Assembly (NCBI RefSeq): GCF_001644705.1
Contig: NZ_CP015137.1
Coordinates: 630,001 to 662,000, forward strand
Direction: 5' to 3'
DNA: 32,000 nt
DNA from: Dickeya solani IPO 2222
GTDB lineage: Bacteria > Pseudomonadota > Gammaproteobacteria > Enterobacterales > Enterobacteriaceae
The translations under genes were made by a program, and so were the position numbers. Below are positions 1 through 8,854 of this stretch, in pieces. The first letter of the stretch is position 1. Each line of letters starts with the position of its first letter. Under the pieces are notes generated by a model. That model made no database searches. It had not been told where the DNA came from and saw nothing but the letters and a program-made list of their open reading frames with translations.

Positions 1-1018
1 TCTCACCGGTGCGTTGATAGCGAACCTTCACGTAGCGCGGCTGATTGATGAATTCGATAAACCGTTGCGCCAGCGCGTTGTCCTTACTCCAGGTCGATAC
101 CACATACCCTTTCACGCCAAGGAACGAGCTCATCGGTTTGCCGTCCGGCAGCAGCGGCAGCGGCGCGACACCGTAATGAATGCCGGCGGCTTCGTAAGGC
201 TGGAACGCCCAGGGGCCGTTGATCACCGCCGCTGCTTTTTTCTCGGTGAACAGCGAATCGATGGCGTTCAGCCCGTTATCGCCGATGATCCCCGCCGGGA
301 ACAGCTTATCGGCGTAGAATTTGCGCAGCAGCGTCACCGCCTCCACCGCGCCCGGCGTGTTCAGGCCGATATCCAACGGGTTGAGGCCGCTTTTGTCGTT
401 TTTGTCGTTTTTGTCGTTTTTGCCGGGGTCTTTTTTACCAAAGATGTAGCCGCCCATCGGCCCGATCGCGCCCCAGCTGTAGTAGATCTGATCGAACTTC
501 GCCAGCAGCCCGAATTTGCTCTGCGCCTGCTGCTGCCGGGAAAAGTCATACCACTCCTGCAGGCTGGCCAGCGGTTTGCTCACCAGATCTTTGTTGTAAA
601 TCAGCACCAGGGTTTCCACCGCTTTCGGCAGGCCGTAGACCTGGTTGTTCATGCGAAATGCCGCCATCGACGCATCGGTGAAGCTGTCTTGCGCGGCCTT
701 ATCGAGTTTCAGCGGCGCAATCAGCCCCTGCACCACCGCACCGCCCAGTTGATCGTTGGGGATCACCAGCACATCGGGGCCGATGCCCGCCGGGCCGTCC
801 AGCCGCAGTTTTTCCAGCTGCTGGGCATACGGCATTTCCTGCAGGTTCACTTTGACGTCGAACTGTTTCTCGAAATCCCCGACGGCATCCTTGATGCCAT
901 CCGATTTCCGGATATCTTCCCAAACGGTCAGCTGCTGCGCGGCATGTACCGGAAAGGCCACCAGTTGGCCGGCAGCGGTGGCGGAGAGAAGCAGGGCGGT
1001 AAGCGTTTTGGTTTTCAT
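1..1018 (-). CDS. MalE/CycB-family oligosaccharide ABC transporter periplasmic substrate-binding protein (N-terminal ~339 codons; 3' end lies beyond the window start)
   Basis: Manual minus-strand translation from ATG 1018..1016 gives MKTKTLTALLLSATAAGQLVAFPVHAAQQLTVWEDIRKSDG... A signal peptide is followed by MalE-like blocks (GPDVLVIPNDQLGG, LVLIYNKDL, VINGPWAF). It is absent from the ORF track because it has no stop in the window. The listed 14..1024(+) ORF is its antisense shadow. It is divergent from a MalK-like ATPase, as in malE/malK. Confidence 0.85.
   Translation of the reverse strand, partial: MKTKTLTALLLSATAAGQLVAFPVHAAQQLTVWEDIRKSDGIKDAVGDFEKQFDVKVNLQEMPYAQQLEKLRLDGPAGIGPDVLVIPNDQLGGAVVQGLIAPLKLDKAAQDSFTDASMAAFRMNNQVYGLPKAVETLVLIYNKDLVSKPLASLQEWYDFSRQQQAQSKFGLLAKFDQIYYSWGAIGPMGGYIFGKKDPGKNDKNDKNDKSGLNPLDIGLNTPGAVEAVTLLRKFYADKLFPAGIIGDNGLNAIDSLFTEKKAAAVINGPWAFQPYEAAGIHYGVAPLPLLPDGKPMSSFLGVKGYVVSTWSKDNALAQRFIEFINQPRYVKVRYQRTGE
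391..421 (-). repeat. Perfect 9-bp tandem repeat (TTTTGTCGT x3 plus a partial copy), in frame, encoding (KND)n inside the binding protein
   Basis: Plus strand reads ttttgtcgt ttttgtcgt ttttgtcgt tttt. On the coding strand this is GAC AAA AAC x3, giving ...GKKDPGKNDKNDKNDKSGL... By eye this aligns with the variable loop after the GGY motif of MalE-type proteins. Confidence 0.9.
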
Positions 1019-1375
1019 TATTGACCTCATGTGAAGGTATAACATTTTTAAGCAAAAAACCTGGCACTTCGCATTAATAAACGCATCATTGCTGATTAAA
1101 TAGGGCTTTAAAGACCCTTCATTCCACCAAAGATGATGTTATACGCTACGCTAAGCATAGGGATATGACGACAGGAAAGTGGCTATTGTGTGATCACAAT
1201 TGCAGAAATGAAACATGCCGATAGGGCGCTAAAAACAAGGTGGTTATAGTCATCTCAACGTAAAATCGCCGTCAGGTTTGCCTACGATATTTGTTATACG
1301 TAATACATACACTTGTCGGCGCGACCCGGCCCGCCCCTGCGGTCGCCGTATTGATAACCCGTTGAGGAAAAACGG

Positions 1376-2485
1376 ATGTCCAGCATATGCTTAAAAAATG
1401 TCACTAAACGCTTTGGCAAAACTGAAACGCTGCACAATATCAATCTGGATATCCAGGCGGGTGAATTCGCGGTGTTTGTCGGGCCTTCCGGCTGCGGCAA
1501 GTCCACGTTGCTGCGGATGATCGCCGGTTTGGAAGAGGTTAGCGATGGCAAGATTCTGATTGATGACGAAGTGATGAATGACGTCGCGCCGGCCCACCGC
1601 GGCGTGGCGATGGTGTTCCAGTCCTACGCGCTATACCCGCACATGACGGTGGCGGAAAATATGGGTTACGGGCTGAAGGTCAACCACGTACCGAAAGCGG
1701 AGATTCGCCATCAGGTCGAAATGGTCGCCAAAACCTTGCAGTTGTCCCACCTGCTGGACCGCAAGCCTAAACAGCTGTCCGGCGGCCAGCGCCAGCGCGT
1801 CGCCATCGGCCGCGCCATCGTGCGCAACCCGAAAGTGTTCATGTTCGACGAACCGCTCTCCAACCTCGACGCCGAACTGCGGGTCGACATGCGCCTGCAC
1901 ATCGCCAAGCTGCATCAGGAGCTGAAAACCACCATGGTGTATGTCACCCACGACCAGGTGGAGGCGATGACGCTGGCCGACAAAATCGTGGTGATGAACA
2001 ACGGTAAGGTGGAGCAGACCGGCTCGCCGATGGCGCTGTACTACAACCCGGTCAACCGCTTCGTCGCCGGTTTTATCGGCTCGCCCAAAATGAATTTCCT
2101 GCCCGCGACCGTCGTCGCCTGGCAGCCGCACCAGTTGACCGTGACGCTGACGGCGGATAAAACGCTAACGCTGGACATCGACACCACGCCGCTACAGCCC
2201 GGCGACGCCATCACGCTGGGGATCCGCCCCGAGCACCTTGGCATTCAGCCGCCGCATCAGGCAACGCTGGCTTTTCAGTGTGAAGTGGTGGAACGACTGG
2301 GCAACAACACCTACCTGTTCGGCCAGAGTTACGGCCATGATGGCGTCAAAATCCTGCTGCCCGGCGACGTGCAGTTCCGCCCCTGGCAGGCAATTACCGT
2401 TGGTTTCGACGCCGCTCACTGTCTGGTATTCAACACCGAGGGTCTGCGCATCAACGCCGATGCGCCCGTTCCCGGCATGCATTGA
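1376..2485 (+). CDS. MalK/UgpC/MsmX-type sugar ABC transporter ATP-binding protein
   Basis: 369 aa. Walker [11 protein letters not shown]-loop, signature LSGGQRQR, Walker [13 protein letters not shown] and H-loop YVTHD are present. A C-terminal ~130 aa MalK-like regulatory (TOBE) domain follows. SD-like GAGGAAAAACGG precedes the ATG. Confidence 0.93.
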   Translation: MSSICLKNVTKRFGKTETLHNINLDIQAGEFAVFVGPSGCGKSTLLRMIAGLEEVSDGKILIDDEVMNDVAPAHRGVAMVFQSYALYPHMTVAENMGYGLKVNHVPKAEIRHQVEMVAKTLQLSHLLDRKPKQLSGGQRQRVAIGRAIVRNPKVFMFDEPLSNLDAELRVDMRLHIAKLHQELKTTMVYVTHDQVEAMTLADKIVVMNNGKVEQTGSPMALYYNPVNRFVAGFIGSPKMNFLPATVVAWQPHQLTVTLTADKTLTLDIDTTPLQPGDAITLGIRPEHLGIQPPHQATLAFQCEVVERLGNNTYLFGQSYGHDGVKILLPGDVQFRPWQAITVGFDAAHCLVFNTEGLRINADAPVPGMH

Positions 2486-2890
2486 CCGCATCGCCAGCCG
2501 CATCGCTGCGCGGGACAGTATCAGGCCGATGCCTGCTACGCCGCGCAGCTGACCTTACTGCTGATCTTCTCACCCGTGACAGAAATGAGTAACCGCACGC
2601 CCAATAGGCACCAGCCAAGTGCAGGCAATGCCCCCGTTCGGTGACGATAGACGCCTTGATGGGTCATGGCGTTACTTTCTGGCGAAAGGGGGGTTGTCAT
2701 GGCAACGCACAGTGAATCACTCATACCCGGCAAGGGGAATCCCGCGCCAGCCAGTGTCCCTCATCGACTATTTCCCCCTTATTTATTTAGCATGGCTTTC
2801 ATCTGGCATAGCGTTTGCTGCTGATGTCGTCTGCGTGCACAGGTCTAAACCGGTATTCAGGCTGTGTCCCCTGCGGTCTGAGCATGGTTT

Positions 2891-2943
2891 TTGACGAACA
2901 CTTTTTGATGAACGCTTATTGATAAACACTGATTGATAAACAC
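2891..2943 (+). repeat. Four tandem copies (14-bp period) of TTGAYRAAC(A/G)C immediately upstream of the amidohydrolase start
   Basis: TTGACGAACAC (2891), TTGATGAACGC (2905), TTGATAAACAC (2919) and TTGATAAACAC (2933). The last two 12-mers, ATTGATAAACAC, are identical. The array ends 13 nt before ATG 2957. Confidence 0.8.
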
Positions 2944-2956
2944 CAAGAGAGACGTT

Positions 2957-4060
2957 ATGCCCAACGTATTCGATCACTATCGTTACCTGCACACCATTCC
3001 GGAACTGGGGTTCCAGGAATTCAAGACCTCCGATTACCTGGCCTCGCAATTGGAAACGGCGGGCTACCGTCTGACCCGCGGCGTCAACGGCACCACCGGC
3101 ATGGTGGCGGAACTGGACAGCGGCGTGCCCGGCCCGGTGCTGGCGCTGCGCGCCGACATGGATGCGCTGGGCCATATTATTGACGGCGAATTCTGCGCCC
3201 GCCACACCTGCGGACACGACGCCCATGCCTCGGTGGTGCTGACCGCCGCTCAGGAGCTGATGCGCGACGGCGTGGTAAAGAAAGGAAGGCTGAAGATCCT
3301 GTTTCAACCCGCCGAAGAACTGGGTACCGGCGCCATCGCGATGGTGGAAGGCGGCGCCATTGACGACGTAGACATGATCCTCGGCTTTCACCTGCGCCCG
3401 GTGGAAGAGTGCGTGCTGGGCGAGGCGATACCGGCGATGCATTATTCCGCCAGCAGCACGCTGGAAGTTATCTTCCACGGCCAACCGGCGCACGGCGCGC
3501 GCCCGCATCTGGGTGTGAACGCGCTGGAAGCCGCCGCCAACGCCGTCATGGCGGTGAAGGCGGTTCCGCTGGCGCCGCACCTGACCTGGAGCGCCAAGGC
3601 CACCCGTTTTCTGTGCGACGCCGGCGTGACCAACTCCATTCCGGATAGCGCCACGGTGTGCTGGGACCTGCGTTCGTCCCGGAATGACGCGATGGACGAG
3701 TTGAAAACAAAAGTGCTCCGCGCCATTGAGCACAGCGCGGCGGCTTACGGCGCGACGGCCGAAATCACACTGCTGAAAGAGATCCCGGCGGCGGATATTC
3801 ATGACGACGCCACCGCCCTTATCAGCGCCGCTATCGTGGATGTGCTGGGCGAAGCCGGTCTGACCGCGCCCAAAAGCACCGCGGGCGGAGAAGACTTTTT
3901 CTTCTATCCGCGCCTCAAGCCACAGATTAAGGCCGGCTTCTGGGGGCTGGGCACCAATCTCAAACCGGGACTGCACCACCCGGAGATGCATTTTGAACTA
4001 TCGTCGCTGGAAACCGGCGTGCAGGTATTCAAACGCTGCGTGGAAAAGATGTTGGGATAA
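2957..4060 (+). CDS. M20D-family amidohydrolase (aminoacylase / hippurate hydrolase / ILR1-like)
   Basis: The translation shows the HxxPELGFQE, ALRADMDAL, HxCGHDAH and FQPAEE metal-site blocks typical of peptidase M20D. The ORF track starts at a TTG (2933). ATG 2957 is preferred because AAGAGAG lies 5-10 nt upstream. Confidence 0.88.
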   Translation: MPNVFDHYRYLHTIPELGFQEFKTSDYLASQLETAGYRLTRGVNGTTGMVAELDSGVPGPVLALRADMDALGHIIDGEFCARHTCGHDAHASVVLTAAQELMRDGVVKKGRLKILFQPAEELGTGAIAMVEGGAIDDVDMILGFHLRPVEECVLGEAIPAMHYSASSTLEVIFHGQPAHGARPHLGVNALEAAANAVMAVKAVPLAPHLTWSAKATRFLCDAGVTNSIPDSATVCWDLRSSRNDAMDELKTKVLRAIEHSAAAYGATAEITLLKEIPAADIHDDATALISAAIVDVLGEAGLTAPKSTAGGEDFFFYPRLKPQIKAGFWGLGTNLKPGLHHPEMHFELSSLETGVQVFKRCVEKMLG

Positions 4061-4070
4061 TATCAAGGCA

Positions 4071-4101
4071 TCCCCGGCAATACGCCGGGGACATTTATTA
4101 T
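4071..4101. terminator. Bidirectional rho-independent terminator between convergent genes
   Basis: TCCCCGGC-aatac-GCCGGGGA forms a perfect 8-bp GC stem, followed by ATTTATTAT. It lies between the amidohydrolase stop (4060) and the lipoprotein stop (4136). Confidence 0.7.
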
Positions 4102-4135
4102 CATGAGAAACACAGATGATCAGGAAAGACACAAA

Positions 4136-4480
4136 TTATTTAACCAGCTTCCACACGCCGTCTTCCTGAATAAAAGTAAAATTGGCGATCTCTTTTTTGT
4201 TTCCAACCAGTGGCAATGACATATCCAGATCGACATTGCATTGATAGCCTTTATTTTCACTTCTGATGCAATTCAGCTTTTTTAACGAATTGATTTTAAG
4301 CACCATCGCGTTATTAAAAAGCGTACCGACTTTTTGTTTCATTTCCTGATTAGTTTGAGCCGCCATATCGTCAACGGCTTGCCTGATATCCTGCTCGGTC
4401 GGCTCGCGACCGCCACATCCCCATAACATCACGGCAACCAACGCACAAAAAGCGGCCTTATTTATCATCATCACAGACAT
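4136..4480 (-). CDS. Small hypothetical lipoprotein
   Basis: 114 aa. The N-terminus MSVMMINKAAFCALVAVMLWGCGG has a hydrophobic h-region and a lipobox-like L-W-G-C. No family was recognised. The local AT-rich composition differs from the neighbouring genes. Confidence 0.6.
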   Translation of the reverse strand: MSVMMINKAAFCALVAVMLWGCGGREPTEQDIRQAVDDMAAQTNQEMKQKVGTLFNNAMVLKINSLKKLNCIRSENKGYQCNVDLDMSLPLVGNKKEIANFTFIQEDGVWKLVK

Positions 4481-4978
4481 CCCTATTAAAAACGTGCATA
4501 AACCCCTATAAATGCCTATTCAGCAGCAAAGCGGCATATCTGAATATACCTGTCGTTTTTCGTGTTGCAGACACCCTACCATCCTTTGTTTCCGGCCTGG
4601 TTTCACCGTATGCCGCAGAATGCGGAGAACCGTGCTTAGGCCAGATTCCGGCAGGTTTTCTTTCATCCGGTAATTGACCTCCGCCAGCCGATGCAATAGT
4701 TATTGCCTGCCAGCCAAACCATCAAAAATAAACAAATCATTCACATTACGATTACCGCTGAATAAACTGCACGACGGTATTATCATAAAGCCACTCAAAC
4801 ACATAGTTATTCTCTTCCCCGTTCTTGCAATGGAACAAAAATCAATCAGATAACTATAAAAAAGGGATCTTTATCACATTCATTTTTACAACATTTCTCA
4901 TATTTCATAAATAAAAATGACATAAGTCTCTTTTCAAAATTAGAAAATAAAATAGATGATATTCACGCCAGGTTAATT

Positions 4979-4997
4979 TTCAAAACAGCGGTTTATT
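4979..4997 (+). promoter_or_regulatory. Candidate KdgR-type operator upstream of pelI
   Basis: TTCAAAACAGCGGTTTATT matches about 15 of 19 positions of the KdgR box as I recall it (AATRAAAYRNYRTTTYATT). It sits ~120 bp upstream of the pelI ATG in a 640-bp AT-rich region. This is a weak call based on motif resemblance only. Confidence 0.3.
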
Positions 4998-5118
4998 TTT
5001 CTCGCCCTTTTTATTTTTTGTTCTATAGTGTTCACGATACATTCAGGAAGTCCCCGCTTTTATTTCTTTCTCTCAATTGAATGAGAGTCAATACCTGTGG
5101 GATTTATAAGGAGATTGT

Positions 5119-6159
5119 ATGTTTAAGTATGTATTACCTCTGTTTGCACTCACGCTGGCAGCACCGTCATTAGCCGCCCAAACCACACTGATGATGACCC
5201 AGAAAAGCGATGTGAATTATCTGGGTTGGTCTACCGACGAAAGCAAAGTGGCGCGTCAGGAAGTTTATCGCGGCACTACCAGCAATCCTGACTTGCGTGA
5301 GCGTATCGCCGTGCTGGACAAAGAAACCCGTACCTTTCAAGACACCGACACCAATAGCGGCGTCAATTACTGGTACTGGGTGGATGTGGTCAGCGATACG
5401 CAAAACCAGACGGTATCGAATGCCGTGACCAACGCTCCGAGCACCGGCCCGCTGCGTGCAGCGAAAGCCAGCTCAGAGTGTAAGCCAGGCGCCACATTCG
5501 AAAACCGTAGTGTGGATTGCGGTGGTGTGACCATCGGCACCTCCTGCCCGAATGACAGCGATAAACAAAAACCGCTGATCATTTTGAAAAACGCCTCAGT
5601 GAAAAACCTGCGCATTTCTGCTTCCGGCGGTGCGGACGGCATTCACTGTGAAAGCGGCAACTGCACCATCGAAAACGTAATTTGGGAAGACGTCTGTGAA
5701 GATGCCGCAACCAATAACGGCAAAACCATGACCATCATCGGCGGGATCGCGCATAACGCCAACGGCGGTTACGGCGGCAAGCCGGACAAAGTGTTGCAGC
5801 AGAACGCTAAAAACAGCACCACCGTGGTAAAAGGCAACTTCACCCTGACCGGCGAACACGGGAAACTGTGGCGCTCCTGCGGTGACTGCACCAACAACGG
5901 CGGCCCGCGTTTCCTGAATGTTGACGGTCTGATCGTTAATGGCACCATCGGCAGTATTGCCGGCGTTAACCGCAACTACGGTGATGTGGCAACGCTTAAA
6001 AACATCAAGATCAAAAACTATAAAGAAGGCAAACCGAAGGTTTGCGAAGAGTACATCGGCGTCGAGAAGGGTAACGGCGAGAGCAAGAAGTACAAAGACG
6101 AAGATCAATGGAATACCGCCAACTGTAAAGTTAGCCGTTCAGATGTGACCAAACTCTGA
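5119..6159 (+). CDS. pelI: Pectate lyase PelI (N-terminal fibronectin type III domain + PL3 catalytic domain), secreted
   Basis: 346 aa with signal peptide MFKYVLPLFALTLAAPSLA|AQ. The sequence is near-colinear with my recollection of Dickeya dadantii 3937 PelI (…DVNYLGWSTDESKVARQEVYRGTTSNPDLRERIAVLD…CKPGATFENR…KNLRISASGGADGIHC…GEHGKLWRSCGDC…). SD AAGGAG lies 7 nt before the ATG. Confidence 0.93.
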   Translation: MFKYVLPLFALTLAAPSLAAQTTLMMTQKSDVNYLGWSTDESKVARQEVYRGTTSNPDLRERIAVLDKETRTFQDTDTNSGVNYWYWVDVVSDTQNQTVSNAVTNAPSTGPLRAAKASSECKPGATFENRSVDCGGVTIGTSCPNDSDKQKPLIILKNASVKNLRISASGGADGIHCESGNCTIENVIWEDVCEDAATNNGKTMTIIGGIAHNANGGYGGKPDKVLQQNAKNSTTVVKGNFTLTGEHGKLWRSCGDCTNNGGPRFLNVDGLIVNGTIGSIAGVNRNYGDVATLKNIKIKNYKEGKPKVCEEYIGVEKGNGESKKYKDEDQWNTANCKVSRSDVTKL

Positions 6160-6216
6160 CAGGGTCACCTGACTGATTGAAACACTACATGGGCTTCCTG
6201 GCGTATCAACCAGACA

Positions 6217-6248
6217 AGACCGGGCTCCGCGCCCGGTCTTTTTATTTC
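6217..6248. terminator. Rho-independent terminator after pelI (shared with the convergent ADH gene)
   Basis: AGACCGGGC-tccgc-GCCCGGTCT forms a perfect 9-bp stem, followed by TTTTTATTT. Confidence 0.8.
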
Positions 6249-6261
6249 CCGGCAACGCCGG

Positions 6262-7356
6262 TTACGCCGCCATGCTGGTCGCCAGCGCCTCCACCCGGAG
6301 TATCGCCTGACGCACCCTCTGTTCCGTTACGGCAAACGGCATGTTCGCCATATCCGGCGCATCAACGGATGCACGCACGATCGTCGTCAGTTCTTCTTCC
6401 GATAAATCCGGGCAGATCGCCGCCAGCGTCAACGGCACCGCGCAAGCCTGAGCCAGCCGAATCGCGGCCAGCAGTTCCTCATCACTGCGCTGTTCCAGCG
6501 CCAACAGGCACAGATTACCGAAGCCAACCAGCAGGCCGTGGCCGAATTCGCGGGTCTTATCGCAGACGGTAAACCCCTCGTACAACGCATGAGACGCCGC
6601 CGCATGCGCGCCACTGGCCATCAGCGAGGTCAGCCCGGCGAACAGGAAGATGGCGTCCAACACCTGATCGAGCGCGTCGTTGTGCTGCCCGTCCGTCACG
6701 GCGCGGCAGGCCTGCGCGCCATACTGTTCGATCAGCCGAAAGCAGATTTCGCTGTTGGCGCGCGACGACGCGGCGAAACCGCTGCCGTTGTCGCCCTTGT
6801 CGATAGCGCGAAACTCATACCACTTCGCCAGCGTGTCCCCCAGCCCGGCGGCCAGCCAGCGCAGCGGCGCACGCGCCAGCAAGGCGCTGTCAATCACCGC
6901 CGCCGCCGGCGCCACCGGCAGGTGGTGCAAATCGTGGAAATGCCCGTCGTCGTGGTAACGGACCGACAGCGGCGTCACCGCTGCGCAGGTCGCGGCAATC
7001 GTCGGCAGCGTCACCACCGGTATGCCGCACTGGAACGCCACCGCTTTACCGGTATCCAGCGACTTACCGCCGCCCACCGCCAGCAGCAGATCGCTGCCGG
7101 TTTCGCGCACCCGCGCGCACAGCCGTTCAATCTGGCTGACGCTGCACTGCTCGCCAGACCACTCTACCGCCGTCAGCGTCACCCCAGACTGCCGCAGTTG
7201 TTCGATAATCAGAGTCTGCGCCGCCGCCAGTGCCTGATGCCCGCCCACAACCAACACCCGGCTCCCGAGACGAGCGCAAATCACGCCCAACTGTTGACTG
7301 ACTCCGGCATCACGCAACACCGTGGCCGGAAAAAAAACCTGTTGTGTCATTTCCAT
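6262..7356 (-). CDS. Iron-containing alcohol dehydrogenase family protein, YbdH/HcxA (hydroxycarboxylate dehydrogenase)/GldA-like
   Basis: 364 aa. The blocks GGGKSLDTGKA, PTIAATCAAVTPLSV and AAGLGDTLAKWYE match the group-III ADH / E. coli YbdH pattern. The second ATG (7350, MTQQ...) has better SD spacing (AGGA-N6-ATG) and may be the real start. Confidence 0.85.
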   Translation of the reverse strand: MEMTQQVFFPATVLRDAGVSQQLGVICARLGSRVLVVGGHQALAAAQTLIIEQLRQSGVTLTAVEWSGEQCSVSQIERLCARVRETGSDLLLAVGGGKSLDTGKAVAFQCGIPVVTLPTIAATCAAVTPLSVRYHDDGHFHDLHHLPVAPAAAVIDSALLARAPLRWLAAGLGDTLAKWYEFRAIDKGDNGSGFAASSRANSEICFRLIEQYGAQACRAVTDGQHNDALDQVLDAIFLFAGLTSLMASGAHAAASHALYEGFTVCDKTREFGHGLLVGFGNLCLLALEQRSDEELLAAIRLAQACAVPLTLAAICPDLSEEELTTIVRASVDAPDMANMPFAVTEQRVRQAILRVEALATSMAA

Positions 7357-7601
7357 TCCTGTCTATTGACCGTCAATAAAATGTCGCGGTTCGTTATCGC
7401 CGCTCTCTGTTTTTACGAAAACACGCTGTTGATGAAAGCAAACGTCATGCCATTTACCGCCTGCGGCTATCTGCCGTTTCCCGTTATCACCCAAAGGTTT
7501 TTCCAGTATCGCAAACGGAGAAATGTGACGCTACGCATAGCACCCATAATTGGATACTTGTATGGTAGTTAGCGTAGAAATATGAAAAAGGATGATTCTC
7601 T

Positions 7602-8816
7602 ATGAAAATTATTAACGCCGAAGTTTTTGTCACCTGCCCTGGACGTAATTTCGTTACCCTGAAAATTACGACCGCCAGCGGCATCACCGGTATCGGCGAC
7701 GCCACCCTGAATGGCCGCGAACTGTCCGTCGCCTCTTATCTGAAAGATCACCTCTGCCCACAGTTGATCGGCCGTGATGCTCAGCAGATCGAAGACATCT
7801 GGCAGTATTTCTATAAAGGCGCCTACTGGCGCCGGGGCCCGGTAACGATGTCAGCCATTTCCGCCGTGGATATGGCGCTATGGGACATTAAAGGTAAAGC
7901 CGCGAACATGCCGCTCTATCAGTTACTGGGCGGCGCTTCGCGCGCGGGCGTGATGGTTTATTGCCACACCACGGGTCACTCCATCGACGAGGTGCTGGAC
8001 GACTATGCCAGACATCGCGATCTCGGTTTCAAAGCTATTCGGGTGCAGTGCGGTATTCCGGGCATGAAAACCACCTACGGCATGGCGAAAGGCAAAGGGC
8101 TGGCGTACGAGCCCGCCACCAAAGGGAACTGGCCGGAAGAACAAATCTGGTCAACCGAAAAATACCTTGATTTCGTCCCTAACCTTTTTGAGGCCGTGCG
8201 AAATAAATTTGGGTTTGACGAGCATCTGCTTCACGACATGCACCACCGCCTGACGCCTATTGAAGCCGCTCGCTTCGGCAAGAGCGTGGAGCCCTATCGC
8301 CTGTTCTGGATGGAAGATCCGACACCGGCTGAGAATCAGGAATGTTTCCGCCTGATTCGCCAGCACACCGTCACCCCGATCGCGGTCGGCGAGGTGTTCA
8401 ACAGCATCTGGGATTGCAAGCAACTGATCGAAGAACAGCTCATCGACTATATCCGCACCACCATCACCCACGCCGGCGGCATTACCGGCATGCGTCGGAT
8501 TGCGGATTTTGCCTCGCTGTACCAGGTACGCACCGGCTCGCACGGCCCATCCGACCTGTCGCCGATCTGTATGGCCGCCGCGCTGCACTTCGATCTGTGG
8601 GTACCCAACTTCGGCGTTCAGGAATTCATGGGGTATTCCGAACAGATGTTGGATGTGTTCCCGCATAGCTGGACGTTTGATGAGGGGTATATGCACCCCG
8701 GCGACAAACCCGGACTGGGCATCGAATTCGATGAAAAACTGGCGGCCCGATATCCCTACGAACCCGCCTGTCTACCCATTGCCCGTCTTGAAGACGGCAC
8801 ACTGTGGAACTGGTAA
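7602..8816 (+). CDS. rspA: Enolase-superfamily D-mannonate dehydratase (ManD) / starvation-sensing protein RspA
   Basis: 404 aa, nearly colinear with E. coli RspA as I recall it ([54 protein letters not shown] ... [11 protein letters not shown]). SD AAAAAGGA precedes the ATG. Confidence 0.93.
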   Translation: MKIINAEVFVTCPGRNFVTLKITTASGITGIGDATLNGRELSVASYLKDHLCPQLIGRDAQQIEDIWQYFYKGAYWRRGPVTMSAISAVDMALWDIKGKAANMPLYQLLGGASRAGVMVYCHTTGHSIDEVLDDYARHRDLGFKAIRVQCGIPGMKTTYGMAKGKGLAYEPATKGNWPEEQIWSTEKYLDFVPNLFEAVRNKFGFDEHLLHDMHHRLTPIEAARFGKSVEPYRLFWMEDPTPAENQECFRLIRQHTVTPIAVGEVFNSIWDCKQLIEEQLIDYIRTTITHAGGITGMRRIADFASLYQVRTGSHGPSDLSPICMAAALHFDLWVPNFGVQEFMGYSEQMLDVFPHSWTFDEGYMHPGDKPGLGIEFDEKLAARYPYEPACLPIARLEDGTLWNW

Positions 8817-8854
8817 GCGCGAAAAACCGCAACAGACCGACGGGAGAAATAGCG

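Noticed and set aside
14-1024. 336-aa plus-strand ORF from the track
   Set aside because: It is the antisense shadow of the MalE-like gene. The translation is low-complexity and R/Q/H/V-rich (…FVVFVVFVVF… comes from the 9-bp repeat), with no start context. The opposite strand gives a clean signal peptide and MalE-like blocks.
1062-1076. TGGCAC motif suggesting a sigma54 promoter upstream of the MalK-like gene
   Set aside because: The -24-like TGGCAC is perfect, but no GC (-12) element occurs at the required spacing. The next GC is 4 bp too close, in TGGCACTTCGCA.
2783-3991. 402-aa minus-strand ORF
   Set aside because: It is antisense to the M20 amidohydrolase, shows the R/G/H/A-rich composition typical of GC-rich shadow frames, and has no recognisable motifs.
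4520-4696. 58-codon minus-strand frame (LHRLAEVNYRMKENLPESGLSTVLRILRH…)
   Set aside because: It has only a TTG start directly after an in-frame TAA, no SD, and no family I can recognise. I treat it at most as a gene relic and mention it under the pelI control-region finding.
7358-7366. CCTGTCTAT, identical to one half of the HutC operator, at the start of the Fe-ADH gene
   Set aside because: Only a half-site is present, and the second half reads TGAC instead of ACAG. It overlaps the SD/start region and is probably a chance match.
6538-7572. 344-aa plus-strand ORF
   Set aside because: It is antisense to the Fe-ADH gene. The sequence is extremely Arg-rich and nonsensical, and it runs through the divergent promoter region.
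8804-8854. N-terminal extensions proposed by the ORF track (uxaC 8804, hutU 16047, hutH 17659, hutC 22450)
   Set aside because: Each extension overlaps the upstream gene or an operator and adds residues absent from the family N-termini. Internal ATGs with SD sequences (8855, 16008, 17578, 22600) give canonical protein lengths.
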